This document shows positions 7,036-16,465 of a stretch of 35,335 nt of DNA, one piece after another; position 1 is the first letter of the stretch, and each line of letters opens with the position of its first letter. Source of the stretch: a virus (taxonomy: Duplodnaviria > Caudoviricetes). The DNA lies in IMG/VR virus record IMGVR_UViG_3300022719_000275, positions 1-35,335 of that record. One strand, given 5' to 3'. Both the position numbers and the translations under genes were made by a program. The notes below the pieces were generated by a model. It did not search any database and had not been told where the DNA came from. It saw nothing but the letters and a program-made list of their open reading frames with translations.

Positions 7036-7479
7036 TTAATAATGTTTTTCATGAGTCCAGAATCCAAGTTTTTTGGTATCCTCAGCTGATGCGATGTCTA
7101 CACTGTAATATGCATGAGATTCAAAGTTATGATCAACCAACAGGGGTATTGCTAGATATCCATTTTGTGTTGTTGTATAGTTTTGTGTGATTATCGCAGT
7201 TGCAATATTGTCTTGGACTAGTGATATTGTCACTGTTACGTTTGCATATGGTACCTTGTACCTGTCACCATATTTGCATTCAGGATTCATGCTCTCACTG
7301 CAGATATTGACAAATATCGTAGTCTCGTTCTGCTTCCATGCATTTGAATTCATCCATGCCGAAATAGAGGGGGTTTTGTCATTAGGGTTATAGATTTTTG
7401 CCTCTGCCATCACGAATGCTGTAGTTACAGAAAGCCAGAGCAAGACGATTATCGCAGTTGCCGATAGAAGCTTCTCCAT
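7036..7479 (-). CDS. Secreted or membrane-anchored beta-rich protein
   Basis: Hydrophobic N-terminus LLSATAIIVLLWLSVTTAFVMA; several N-x-T sequons; own TATA box and downstream oligo-U. Confidence 0.75.
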   Translation of the reverse strand: MEKLLSATAIIVLLWLSVTTAFVMAEAKIYNPNDKTPSISAWMNSNAWKQNETTIFVNICSESMNPECKYGDRYKVPYANVTVTISLVQDNIATAIITQNYTTTQNGYLAIPLLVDHNFESHAYYSVDIASAEDTKKLGFWTHEKHY

Positions 7480-7615
7480 ATAATTTGAATGTGGGTGATT
7501 TTATAAATAGTTTTATGGGGTCTGATTTAGCAGGTTTGATTATCTATGATTTCGCGAACGCGGGTATAACATACTCCGTGCCCAGATGTTTTATGATTAT
7601 ATATGTATCTGGGCT
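7458..7615. repeat. 158-bp exact direct repeat, copy 1
   Basis: Identical to 8302..8459 (offset 844). Confidence 0.95.
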
Positions 7616-7657
7616 CATCATTACTGTGTTCCTTTTTTGGTGATATCATTTCAGGTG

Positions 7658-7843
7658 TCAATCTACAAAACTCCTTTCTTCGCAGCATCTGCCACAAAAT
7701 CTTCTATCGAGTCCTACGCCTGTTTTTAATACATACCAAGAACCACCACACCAAGAATGACCTAATAATAGACAAACTAATTTACAATATGAGTTGGATA
7801 TTATCTTACCACAAAGTTTACAAAAATTACTACCCATATACAT
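7658..7843 (-). CDS. Cys-rich Zn-finger microprotein (cargo cassette)
   Basis: CKLC...CLLLGHSW...RFCGRC. Confidence 0.6.
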   Translation of the reverse strand: MYMGSNFCKLCGKIISNSYCKLVCLLLGHSWCGGSWYVLKTGVGLDRRFCGRCCEERSFVD

Positions 7844-8076
7844 TAAACATTATCACCCTTTTGTTTAGTACATTTTTTTGGAGTTATTAGTAAACCATTT
7901 GCACAATCAAAACATAATGTGGGGTGTCCTCCTTTGTTAGAACAACCTTTTTCAATTTTAATCCATCCTAAAGATTTTTTACATTCCCAACATTTACAAA
8001 GTTCATATTTTGCCATAACGCTTTCAGGTAATCCCGTCAAAGGTTTTCTAATCTTCTTTTTATCCAATAGTTTCAA
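7843..8076 (-). CDS. Zn-finger microprotein (cargo cassette)
   Basis: CWEC...CFDC; GGAGGT SD upstream of the TTG start. Confidence 0.65.
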   Translation of the reverse strand: MKLLDKKKIRKPLTGLPESVMAKYELCKCWECKKSLGWIKIEKGCSNKGGHPTLCFDCANGLLITPKKCTKQKGDNV

Positions 8077-8219
8077 AATGTCATACCTCCATGCCTAGCA
8101 GTCGCACACCCCTTACTAATTCGTCTGTGTGTTTTTCTAGGTGCTATCACACTCGGTTCAGGGCTTAAACTCGTGAAGGTATGACTATAAAATAATAAAC
8201 AATTGTTATCTACTTTCAA
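8073..8219 (-). CDS. Hypothetical microprotein (48 aa, cargo cassette)
   Basis: TTGA overlaps at both ends; GGGAGG SD upstream. Confidence 0.4.
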   Translation of the reverse strand: MKVDNNCLLFYSHTFTSLSPEPSVIAPRKTHRRISKGCATARHGGMTF

Positions 8220-8323
8220 TTTGAAGCCTCCCAATCATGGACAGAGTCTAAGGACACTTTGAGATAGTCTGCAGTAACTGTAGGTTTTGAGTGTCTAAGT
8301 TTTGCCGATAGAAGCTTCTCCAT
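8216..8323 (-). CDS. Chimeric 35-aa ORF (first 7 codons of the 7036..7479 gene fused to insert sequence)
   Basis: MEKLLSA|KLRHSKPTVTADYLKVSLDSVHDWEASN; the fusion point is the repeat boundary. Confidence 0.5.
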   Translation of the reverse strand: MEKLLSAKLRHSKPTVTADYLKVSLDSVHDWEASN

Positions 8324-8459
8324 ATAATTTGAATGTGGGTGATTTTATAAATAGTTTTATGGGGTCTGATTTAGCAGGTTTGATTATCTATGATTTCGCG
8401 AACGCGGGTATAACATACTCCGTGCCCAGATGTTTTATGATTATATATGTATCTGGGCT
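8302..8459. repeat. 158-bp exact direct repeat, copy 2
   Basis: Contains the tail-fibre 3' end, a TATA promoter (AAAACTATTTATAAA) and the MEKLLSA start. Confidence 0.95.
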
Positions 8460-10580
8460 GGCAGGTACATTGTTTGCCAGACCCGCGGCGCCAACGGTGG
8501 ATTGACCTGTGGGAAAATCAACGGTAAGTCCTGATGATTTGAATACAATATCTGTTGCCACATCACCGTTTATATTCACGTCGTCGGTACTAGCGTTTCC
8601 CAATGATACGTTGCCTTCTATTATTGCATTACCATCGACCTGGAGCACATTCGTTAGATCGAGTGATGTAGCCCAGATCGTGCCCCACCTTGCAGTCTCT
8701 TTCCCAATTAACTGTGATGAACTGTTGGCGATAAAGTTTGCATTTGTTTCAAGTTCGTCTGATGTGTTGACTTTAATCAGAAGGTTTGCTGAGTCTGCTG
8801 CATTTCTCCACCTGATTGAGGCGTCGTTGATCAAACGTAGTGCCCCGGCATCTGCTTCTGTTCCATTTTGTCGTAATGAGTTGAAATTGGTAATTGAATT
8901 GTTGTCCATGTTCAAATCACTGTCTGCCACTGCGTTGAATGTTATCGTATCAGTTGAAAGTGCTCCAAGATTGACATCGTTGTCTATATTGAATGATGTT
9001 GCCGTGACGTTGAACTGTTGTATATTGTCGACTTTTCCGACGATGTTCCCTGCACCGACGTCTGTGATTGTTACTTCCGTGTCGGCAATCTTGATTTGAG
9101 ATGCTATGCCCCACTTGACTCCAGGTGACGCTGCTGTGTCAGCTAGCAGTACCTGTCCATCAGCTCCAACAGGGATTCGTGCATCAGCAGTATCATAACC
9201 AAACAGATCGCCTTTCGTAGTAAGTGGGGAGCCCGCGGAGCCTATATCTGAGAGATTTTTCACCATGCCACCTGTGTGAACCTTGACGTCAGTTCCATTT
9301 ACAGTGAATATTCCATCGGCAACAGGATCAGTTGACGAGTTAGAAATTAAAACAGTATTGGATGCGACATAATTAGCACCTGTGAGGGTTCCTGGACTCA
9401 TAGTCCATTTTTGGACATTATTTTCGGTAAATGTCCATTCGTAGCCTGTTGGCACGTTGAACACTAGTTTTGTGTCAGATGAATTGACTGCTATGTTGAC
9501 GTCAGTTGCACTTGTACCTGTATTCGATATGAACATCGCCCTGTCTATATTTGTCAAATCATTGAGATTCATGTCGATGTTTTCTGGTACTTTGTTACTT
9601 GCTGACAAGTTGCTCAAGTCAGTCCGCAGAAAACCAAAGTTGGTTGTACCTGAGACCACCTCTACAACATCATATGTAGTGCCTCCGTCATTCGTCCTGA
9701 AAACATAGACTCCTCTGTCATCCTGATCAAGCGTTATGGTTGATAATTGTCGGACTTCTGCGGGAAGCGTCACAGTAAATGTAGATCCAGTTCCGTCTTG
9801 TTGCAGTTCCAGCTCAAATGTCATCTGTGTACCGGAACTTGGCGGGTTTGAGAAAGTAAGCGTAAGGTCTGCATCGACTGTAAACTTGTGTACGTGTCCG
9901 TCTGTGGTACTGAGGTCGATTGCAACTGGTGATGTCCAGGTGTCAGAATAATCTGTGATACGTGGTGTAAGTGGAAACGATGCTGTTGCGGTACCGCCTG
10001 TTATTGATTTTGCATATAGTATTGACCATCCTCCGTTGTTTCCGTTTGGGCTCAAAGTCACATCATACTGTAATTCTACCACTATCGGGTCAAATGAGGT
10101 TGTTATCACGAGGTCTGTACTGTCCCCTGAAACTATGTTACCGCCTGCATTATTTGAATAGTCCTCAAGCGTAAGGGTGGATGCTCCCGGTACCTGCAGC
10201 CACAATTTTTGTCCGGAAAACTGTGCCCCTTTGATTAGCTGAATCTTGTCTGGTGATGAAAATGACGCTATGACATATGAGGAACTTTGGTGATTTGACG
10301 TCGCGCCAACTGATATGTCAAGCTCGTCTGAGCCAGTAATTGATACTGTCGCTGGATAGAAAGCTATTGGGCCTACCATCGTGTCGCCTTTTGTCTTAAG
10401 AAAATTTCCCTGGGAGGATTGCGTTCCCCCGGCTGAGCCACCTAGGTTGCCGAGTGGGGCGTTTGAGTATGCTGCAGGTGTTCTTCGTATCCTTCCAAGC
10501 GAGTATAGCTCTGACTGCTTTCGTATCGCGTTTCGTAGCCTGTCAGTGGTGGTTGCAACCTTCTTTGCCTTTTGGGTCAT
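8388..10580 (-). CDS. Tail fibre / receptor-binding protein
   Basis: G/S/T/D/N-rich modular protein; fibre-type motifs LKTKGDTMVG and LTTKGDLFGY...IPVGADGQVL; last gene of the tail block. Confidence 0.75.
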   Translation of the reverse strand: MTQKAKKVATTTDRLRNAIRKQSELYSLGRIRRTPAAYSNAPLGNLGGSAGGTQSSQGNFLKTKGDTMVGPIAFYPATVSITGSDELDISVGATSNHQSSSYVIASFSSPDKIQLIKGAQFSGQKLWLQVPGASTLTLEDYSNNAGGNIVSGDSTDLVITTSFDPIVVELQYDVTLSPNGNNGGWSILYAKSITGGTATASFPLTPRITDYSDTWTSPVAIDLSTTDGHVHKFTVDADLTLTFSNPPSSGTQMTFELELQQDGTGSTFTVTLPAEVRQLSTITLDQDDRGVYVFRTNDGGTTYDVVEVVSGTTNFGFLRTDLSNLSASNKVPENIDMNLNDLTNIDRAMFISNTGTSATDVNIAVNSSDTKLVFNVPTGYEWTFTENNVQKWTMSPGTLTGANYVASNTVLISNSSTDPVADGIFTVNGTDVKVHTGGMVKNLSDIGSAGSPLTTKGDLFGYDTADARIPVGADGQVLLADTAASPGVKWGIASQIKIADTEVTITDVGAGNIVGKVDNIQQFNVTATSFNIDNDVNLGALSTDTITFNAVADSDLNMDNNSITNFNSLRQNGTEADAGALRLINDASIRWRNAADSANLLIKVNTSDELETNANFIANSSSQLIGKETARWGTIWATSLDLTNVLQVDGNAIIEGNVSLGNASTDDVNINGDVATDIVFKSSGLTVDFPTGQSTVGAAGLANNVPASPDTYIIIKHLGTEYVIPAFAKS

Positions 10581-13222
10581 GATAGCCTGTCAACTCCAAG
10601 TATTTTTCGTATGAATCCAGAGGCAGTACTACCTGACTTGTCTATTGTGTATTCTATTTCCTTGGCGACTAGTTCTACCGTATTTGATGCACCGTCTGAA
10701 TCATTGACGATGCGGTCGTTTTTGACCTTGAATGACTCGAAAAGATTGATGTCAAAGCGACCCTCAGTTACTATTGTATAGCGCTTGTGCCGGAACTGGT
10801 TTTCTTCAAGCCTTGCGAGGTTAGCCTGATCATTCTGATATCTGTTGATTATCAGCGGTTCCTCGTCAAAGTCGGTAAACATCGCTCTTCCGGTTGTAAC
10901 GGGGTCTGATACTGACAATAGAGGCTTCACAAAATGAAACGCATCTATACTCCAGGTGATGTTGAATCCGTCATTGAACAGGCCTGTTATGACGTCTTCC
11001 AGATTAGGAAATATTGTACCAAACGCATTAAACAGTAATGTATATCTGCCCTCATCGTCGTATGGTGCCATCCATTGCAATCCTATCTTTTTGATGTTAG
11101 TATAGTCAAACCGCTGCAATATTTCAAGTCCGTTAAGAAATACATTGCTTCCTGAATTTTCCAGACTCCACGGAATTCTTGCCCTGTACTCGTTGAATGC
11201 CGAAAACGGTATAGTTATCTCCTCCCAGTTGTCATTATGTGAAATTGTAAAGTCAGCTATTACAACATTATCGTTTAGATCATACATGTAGCATCTGCAT
11301 GGAATGTTGCCTGCTCGTACAAGACTTCCCGAGCCATCTTTTGCAGACGTCCACTTAAATTTTGTCATGAAGCGAATTGCATCAAGCGGGCCTAGCTCGT
11401 CAGCCTGATCATGGTTGAATCCCCTTCTTGAGTTTGGAGCGTAGTCCATGTTGTTTGTGTCAAACGTCGCAGGTTCTCTTACCGTACTGCTTGAGCCATA
11501 TTTTACACCCATTGTAGCTAAATTGAATCCATTTGGTGGAAAAGGAGCCTTTAGATTTATGCATGCCCCGGCTCTGTAATACGTACGTGACGATAATGAA
11601 GTTACGTCGTTCTGCGAATAGCGATATTCGTAAGTTACTGCCGAATTAGTTCCAAAATCACCGCCACCAGCCATTGTTTTGTTGTTGTGTCCTGCGGTAT
11701 TCGTAATAGAATAAACTGGATGATAAGCATCGTTTGCCTCGTCGTTGCCGGAGTCATCTGCCCATGTCCCGCCAGATTTTTTGTAGACCTTTGCCTCATC
11801 ATCAATGCAGACATACTCGTCATTGCTAGTACTGCGAAACAGTCGCCACTCCCCATTGTCAGCGTCATATTCTACTATATCATTGTCAAAGCCTGCAAAG
11901 TCTCCCGTACCCGTACCGTTTACCAGTACGCGAAATCCTCGTGGCGGAGTTGTTCCGGCATATAGGTAGTCTGCGTTAATTCCCGCCGGACTGGTACCTT
12001 GGGTGTCAACCCACGTGCGAAAGAACGTGCCGTCATAGACTACCTGATTCATGTCCCAGGTGTAGATAGAGTTTGCATCCGGCGGATCATCGGACTGGTC
12101 GCCGTCAGGATTTGCTCCTGAATTTTCCCAGCCTTCTGCAAACGCGTTTGTCCAGGGGGAATAGACACCAGTACCGCCCATCTCATTGATCTCAAACGTG
12201 GTAAACGTGTAAGAGTCCCAGTCAGTGTTATTTGTCTCAGAAGTTGGTGGTGCCGAGCTTGTCTCCTTGTTTGACTTGAAGTGTAGCTCGTCGCCTTCTG
12301 AATCAGGGCCGGTGTTTCTTCTTCTTACTATGCTTCCAGAGGGATAGGTCTCACCAGGTACATAATCTGGCATTGCTGCCCATGCTGTCAGTGCATCCCG
12401 GAACTGCCCAACTCTTGCAGGAAGCGTTCCGAATCCATCGCCCCCCCATGTGGCCTGAATTGTCGCTCGCGTGGACTCTATCCCACCTTCCTCCTCCCCG
12501 GGGTTGACATCAACTGCATCAACTATGGTGACACTTGAATCAATACCGCCTGATTTGACAGCATAAAATTTGATGTCAGTTTCATTGGCAACATTACGGT
12601 TGAAGCCATACTCCCAGAAATCTCCTCCGCCTCCGGCAGCAACTGAAGAGCCAACTCTGTCTACAACATAGCGCAGTCCGTCATAGACTGCCATGGGTGA
12701 AATCGAAAACGGATAATGGTTTGCAGTATATTTTGGAAGTGTGTTTGCAGTTGTGTTGTGTCCCGATACTGAAGGTTGCAGGGATGCCTTTTCGTTATTG
12801 TAGATGTCTATCATGTCCTTGCTAACCTGGTAGGCAGATAGTGCCCTTTCTCTCCTTCTTGATTCCAGAACGAATTTAAAACGCATCAAATGCTGTTCAG
12901 GTCCAAGGCATTCTATGTCAAGTACTGTTCCACGCTGTACTGTGTCTGTTTGTCTCAAGTGATCAACCTCGTAGTTTGCAGTGAATGTTGTTGAGTCCTC
13001 GTCTGTGACTGATACCTGTATGACATCAAACTCATCCAAAATCGGGGTGTCACCACTGGAACTGTTAGTCATGAATTGGCCGTCCTGCCCGTCGAGTGTG
13101 ATTGTGCAGCTTCGAATTTCGCCAGATCCGGATTCCTTGAATTTTATTGTCTGTACATAATCGGAGATATCTGTTGCGGTACCATTTGGGTCGTATGTGA
13201 CAGTGTAAGAGTACTCAGTCAT
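10577..13222 (-). CDS. Large tail / baseplate-hub-like protein
   Basis: 881 aa; hub-like termini (DISDYV..IKFKE; VAKEIEYTI) with beta-rich inserts; position in the tail block. Confidence 0.65.
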   Translation of the reverse strand: MTEYSYTVTYDPNGTATDISDYVQTIKFKESGSGEIRSCTITLDGQDGQFMTNSSSGDTPILDEFDVIQVSVTDEDSTTFTANYEVDHLRQTDTVQRGTVLDIECLGPEQHLMRFKFVLESRRRERALSAYQVSKDMIDIYNNEKASLQPSVSGHNTTANTLPKYTANHYPFSISPMAVYDGLRYVVDRVGSSVAAGGGGDFWEYGFNRNVANETDIKFYAVKSGGIDSSVTIVDAVDVNPGEEEGGIESTRATIQATWGGDGFGTLPARVGQFRDALTAWAAMPDYVPGETYPSGSIVRRRNTGPDSEGDELHFKSNKETSSAPPTSETNNTDWDSYTFTTFEINEMGGTGVYSPWTNAFAEGWENSGANPDGDQSDDPPDANSIYTWDMNQVVYDGTFFRTWVDTQGTSPAGINADYLYAGTTPPRGFRVLVNGTGTGDFAGFDNDIVEYDADNGEWRLFRSTSNDEYVCIDDEAKVYKKSGGTWADDSGNDEANDAYHPVYSITNTAGHNNKTMAGGGDFGTNSAVTYEYRYSQNDVTSLSSRTYYRAGACINLKAPFPPNGFNLATMGVKYGSSSTVREPATFDTNNMDYAPNSRRGFNHDQADELGPLDAIRFMTKFKWTSAKDGSGSLVRAGNIPCRCYMYDLNDNVVIADFTISHNDNWEEITIPFSAFNEYRARIPWSLENSGSNVFLNGLEILQRFDYTNIKKIGLQWMAPYDDEGRYTLLFNAFGTIFPNLEDVITGLFNDGFNITWSIDAFHFVKPLLSVSDPVTTGRAMFTDFDEEPLIINRYQNDQANLARLEENQFRHKRYTIVTEGRFDINLFESFKVKNDRIVNDSDGASNTVELVAKEIEYTIDKSGSTASGFIRKILGVDRLS

Positions 13223-13704
13223 GGGACACTCCTGTAAAATCGCGCGACAAAACTAACCTCATCGCGTGGACTCTCTAGATCCTGCACATCCACATCAACC
13301 AGGATGTAGCCCGCGACAGCTGAAGGTGTAAGGTCAAGCGTTCCCCCTGCGAAATCGTTCAATCGCAAGCCAAACCTGCCGAATGGTAGTGCCGAGTTTG
13401 TGGCGTCTTCCTTCTGCCAGTTGTAGAACTGGGCCGGCCCTGTGGTAGTGTCATGATCATTGAAATAACCTGTCACTATGACCTCTGTAGTGCCGAGCTT
13501 GTTGTCCTGCCACTTGGTCCCTGCCCGTCTTGGATTTGGGTGGGGCGATACATCGCGTAACATCCTAAAGCCTGTTGCTATTATTTTTCCAGTTGCGTCG
13601 GGCACCGTACCCCCGTTAAACTCTATGATTTCGCCTGCTGTTCTTGCATCAGATTCTGTCTCGCCTGCTGTATCAATTCTAAATATTGCACCAGTTCCGG
13701 CCAT
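13219..13704 (-). CDS. Putative tail protein (distal-tail-like position)
   Basis: Synteny and ATGA coupling; function inferred. Confidence 0.5.
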   Translation of the reverse strand: MAGTGAIFRIDTAGETESDARTAGEIIEFNGGTVPDATGKIIATGFRMLRDVSPHPNPRRAGTKWQDNKLGTTEVIVTGYFNDHDTTTGPAQFYNWQKEDATNSALPFGRFGLRLNDFAGGTLDLTPSAVAGYILVDVDVQDLESPRDEVSFVARFYRSVP

Positions 13705-14360
13705 TAAAAAAGCCCCTGTGCGTGATCTGTGTAGTCAATCTCGTTGAGATGTAAACGATTTACACCGCCCTCTCGAATCTGCCTTAATGTGTTAGCATTT
13801 CCGGCTCGTCCAAGATTGTTAATGAAGCCTTGTCTGGTCTGGACGATTAACCCGCGTTCGCCTATATTCAAATCATATGCTGTCTGCCTGTCCATCAGTG
13901 CGTTAAACTCTTTTTCCATCTGTCTTTTCCATCTTAGGTCAAACGGCCCTCCTGGTTTTGTAAGCTCGTTAATAATTATCGGAATAAGTACAAGTGCAAA
14001 TGATACTACTGCTGCATGTGGAAGAAACTGCAGTCCCTCGGCTACCAACCCCTCTGGGTTCTGAAACTTGGACAAAGCGGATCTTGCAACTCCCACGCCC
14101 TGTGAGGACGTAAATCCGCCTTCCTCTCCGGCATCAAGTGTTGGAAGTGTGCTGTCTCCTTGTGTCTGCTCATCTACAATATCGCGAATCGTGTTTCGTA
14201 TGATTTCATCAAAGTCAGCAGAAGACACATCAGTGCGAAGTATCTTGTTGACTTTTGGCGAGTCTCCCCCTGCTGATGTAATGTCTGCTGTGAGCATCAT
14301 CTGCTGGATTAGCTGAATAAGCGTGTCTGTAAAACTGGAGCTAGTAGGTACTGCGCTCAT
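13704..14360 (-). CDS. Protein with one hydrophobic helix (short tape-measure/ejection-like)
   Basis: AAVVSFALVLIPIII; lies between tube-like and hub-like genes. Confidence 0.5.
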   Translation of the reverse strand: MSAVPTSSSFTDTLIQLIQQMMLTADITSAGGDSPKVNKILRTDVSSADFDEIIRNTIRDIVDEQTQGDSTLPTLDAGEEGGFTSSQGVGVARSALSKFQNPEGLVAEGLQFLPHAAVVSFALVLIPIIINELTKPGGPFDLRWKRQMEKEFNALMDRQTAYDLNIGERGLIVQTRQGFINNLGRAGNANTLRQIREGGVNRLHLNEIDYTDHAQGLF

Positions 14361-14782
14361 GCTGAACCTGCGACGCCTCCCTCAGACTCGAGTCTGATTT
14401 CGTACCATGAAAATCCTTCCTCTGGGGCTATAAAATGAAGTTTTGTGAGATAGAAATCACTTGACATTGTAGCGCCATTTCCCTGCTCGTCTGTTCCCGT
14501 TATCAAGAATAATTTTTTTGGTGGCAGATTGTTTGACTGCGTGGTATATCCTACCCACGTTACGAGTTCCGGCTCTGTAAGCCATATCTCCGCCTCCACT
14601 GCAAAGTCCCTTAGATCAAAGTGTTTCTCCAAGACGCTGTCTGTTCTCTGACGCTTGACAACGCCTGTATCTATGTACAGGCGAACATTTCGCATCTGCT
14701 TGAATGTCAGTGCATCAGTTGAGTTTATGATTGACCATTTTCCACCATTTATAATTTCGTCTCTTTCACCAGCATCAGTCAT
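14357..14782 (-). CDS. Putative tail-tube-fold protein
   Basis: 141 aa, alternating beta pattern; synteny. Confidence 0.5.
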   Translation of the reverse strand: MTDAGERDEIINGGKWSIINSTDALTFKQMRNVRLYIDTGVVKRQRTDSVLEKHFDLRDFAVEAEIWLTEPELVTWVGYTTQSNNLPPKKLFLITGTDEQGNGATMSSDFYLTKLHFIAPEEGFSWYEIRLESEGGVAGSA

Positions 14783-15750
14783 TATGCTGTCGCCCTCGTC
14801 GTCGGTTTGGTTAGACGTCCCGTGACGTTGAATTGTACAAGCTGCTCATCGCGTGAGATCTTTTCCATCTCGACTATCTTCATTGTGCTTGTTGTAGTCA
14901 GCGTGGCAGGTGTTCCCTCTTTGTTATCGACTGCATGGAGAAACACTGCCTGCACATGCTCCCCGTTTGCCTGTAAAATGTAAATCTGATTAAGCTTTTC
15001 TGCAGTGCTTCCGATGTCGGATTTCTTTGCAAACAGCCTGGCACGAAATACACCCCTGAATGTTCCGGCCCCCAGTTTTGGAACTCTTGCGCCGTCTATA
15101 GTATCCTTGCCAAGTGCCTCAATGACACTCGTCCCCTCTCTGATTATTACTTGTTCTGCCTCAGTGTAGATATAATCACCTGCAGGAGCAGAATCCATAT
15201 TTGTAGATGCCGACATGTCAAAGGTTAGCACACCGCCGTAGCCGCGATACACCTCGTCTGATGATGACTGTATCTCGCTTAGCGTAATGTCAAGAACCCG
15301 CACAAGCTCTGGCTTTGTCGCATCTACTTTGTCCTCGTTTCTCCAGCTGTATCGCGCAGTAAAAAATACTCCTGTTCCCGTTGTCGGGTCGTAGACTGTC
15401 TGAAATATACGTACTACTTCTATACACATGTCCTCAATGTCCTGTTCTGCAGTATCGTAGATTGTCTCGTCTTTTCCCATGACTCTGTAACGACACTTGA
15501 TTGTAAAATTATGCTGTACTTCCGTGAAATGTGGATGCACCGTCTGGTTCTCGTTGTTTTGTGCCTGCGGGTCGAGTATCTTTGTGACTTCTACAGCCTT
15601 TTGCCATTCATGTAGTTCCGGGATCTGTGGATGTGCAAAGAATCGCACAACGTTTTCTACCCCTGCCGAGACCGTCTTTGAAACCCTTCCAGAAAGCCCC
15701 CAGTTTGTTTCAAGTAAGTCCCTTAATGTATCGGCGCCAAAAGTTCCCAT
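14782..15750 (-). CDS. Putative tail-completion protein, possibly fused to a tube-like domain
   Basis: N-half LRDLLETNW...EVVRI resembles tail terminators; C-half beta-rich, ending VQFNVTGRL. Confidence 0.5.
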   Translation of the reverse strand: MGTFGADTLRDLLETNWGLSGRVSKTVSAGVENVVRFFAHPQIPELHEWQKAVEVTKILDPQAQNNENQTVHPHFTEVQHNFTIKCRYRVMGKDETIYDTAEQDIEDMCIEVVRIFQTVYDPTTGTGVFFTARYSWRNEDKVDATKPELVRVLDITLSEIQSSSDEVYRGYGGVLTFDMSASTNMDSAPAGDYIYTEAEQVIIREGTSVIEALGKDTIDGARVPKLGAGTFRGVFRARLFAKKSDIGSTAEKLNQIYILQANGEHVQAVFLHAVDNKEGTPATLTTTSTMKIVEMEKISRDEQLVQFNVTGRLTKPTTRATA

Positions 15751-16112
15751 TACTCAGTCCCCTTTATCTTGGATGATGTTTTTGAGAATGTGTTTTGCGA
15801 TGTGTCATCCATCATGCTTGAATATTCCACCTTCAGGTGATCCACTATGGACTGCTTGAAATGCTCAACCGGCTTGATATCCTTCTTGCTTGAATTCCAG
15901 TATGTGTATAATGCTGCTGCCAGACTAGAGCCTAACGCCAGCAGTTCGGCATCTGAGGTGTCTGGCTGCGTGCCCTTCATTAATTTGACTCGTGTATTGA
16001 TAAATTCATCGGCCTCTTCTAGATAGTCGTCTATTGCAGAATCAACATCTGTTATGCTTGTGTCTATGCCTAGTCTGCGTTTGACTATATCTGATGTCCC
16101 ATAATCGGCCAA
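15750..16112 (-). CDS. Head-tail adaptor-like protein
   Basis: YGTSDIVKRRLG...IDDYLEEADEFIN helical pattern; follows the capsid gene. Confidence 0.75.
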   Translation of the reverse strand: MADYGTSDIVKRRLGIDTSITDVDSAIDDYLEEADEFINTRVKLMKGTQPDTSDAELLALGSSLAAALYTYWNSSKKDIKPVEHFKQSIVDHLKVEYSSMMDDTSQNTFSKTSSKIKGTE

Positions 16113-16134
16113 TATGAAAAATGATTATTCAAAA

Positions 16135-16147
16135 TTAAAAGTGTTAA
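16135..16147 (-). promoter_or_regulatory. Conserved late-type promoter TTAACACTTTTAA
   Basis: Ends ~23 nt upstream of start 16112; repeated before other structural genes. Confidence 0.75.
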
Positions 16148-16395
16148 TACTTCTTGTATTTCTTGGAAACCTTTTGCTGTATTTCTTTTTTGCGCGACTC
16201 GTTGTCGGTAACCTTTGCATGAACTATTTCCTGTTTATCGCCTGCAAGTTTGGAATTTGGATACCAAACTATGAAGTTTCCTTTTCCCGGACATTTTCCC
16301 GGCGACCTTGCCGCATGGTCGATCTTGGAGTCGGCTGCGGATTCAGAATCCGCTTCGGCTCTTGCGCCGCATTTGATGCAGTATAATACGCCCAT
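16144..16395 (-). CDS. Small Zn-binding protein
   Basis: CIKC...DH...KC; own promoter. Confidence 0.7.
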   Translation of the reverse strand: MGVLYCIKCGARAEADSESAADSKIDHAARSPGKCPGKGNFIVWYPNSKLAGDKQEIVHAKVTDNESRKKEIQQKVSKKYKKY

Positions 16396-16419
16396 TATAC
16401 ATGTGATTATAACATCAGA

Positions 16420-16432
16420 TTAAAAGTGTTAA
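16420..16432 (-). promoter_or_regulatory. Conserved late-type promoter TTAACACTTTTAA
   Basis: Ends ~25 nt upstream of ATG 16395. Confidence 0.75.
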
Positions 16433-16440
16433 TGATTTTT

Positions 16441-16456
16441 AAAAAAATAAAAAAAG
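16441..16456 (-). terminator. Oligo-U terminator after the major capsid gene
   Basis: CTTTTTTTATTTTTTT on the minus strand ~10 nt after the stop. Confidence 0.65.
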
Positions 16457-16465
16457 AGTGTTAGA

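Noticed and set aside
7458-8459. Repeat at the tail-fibre 3' end as a DGR template/variable pair
   Set aside because: Copies are identical with no adenine-specific differences, and no reverse transcriptase is in the window.
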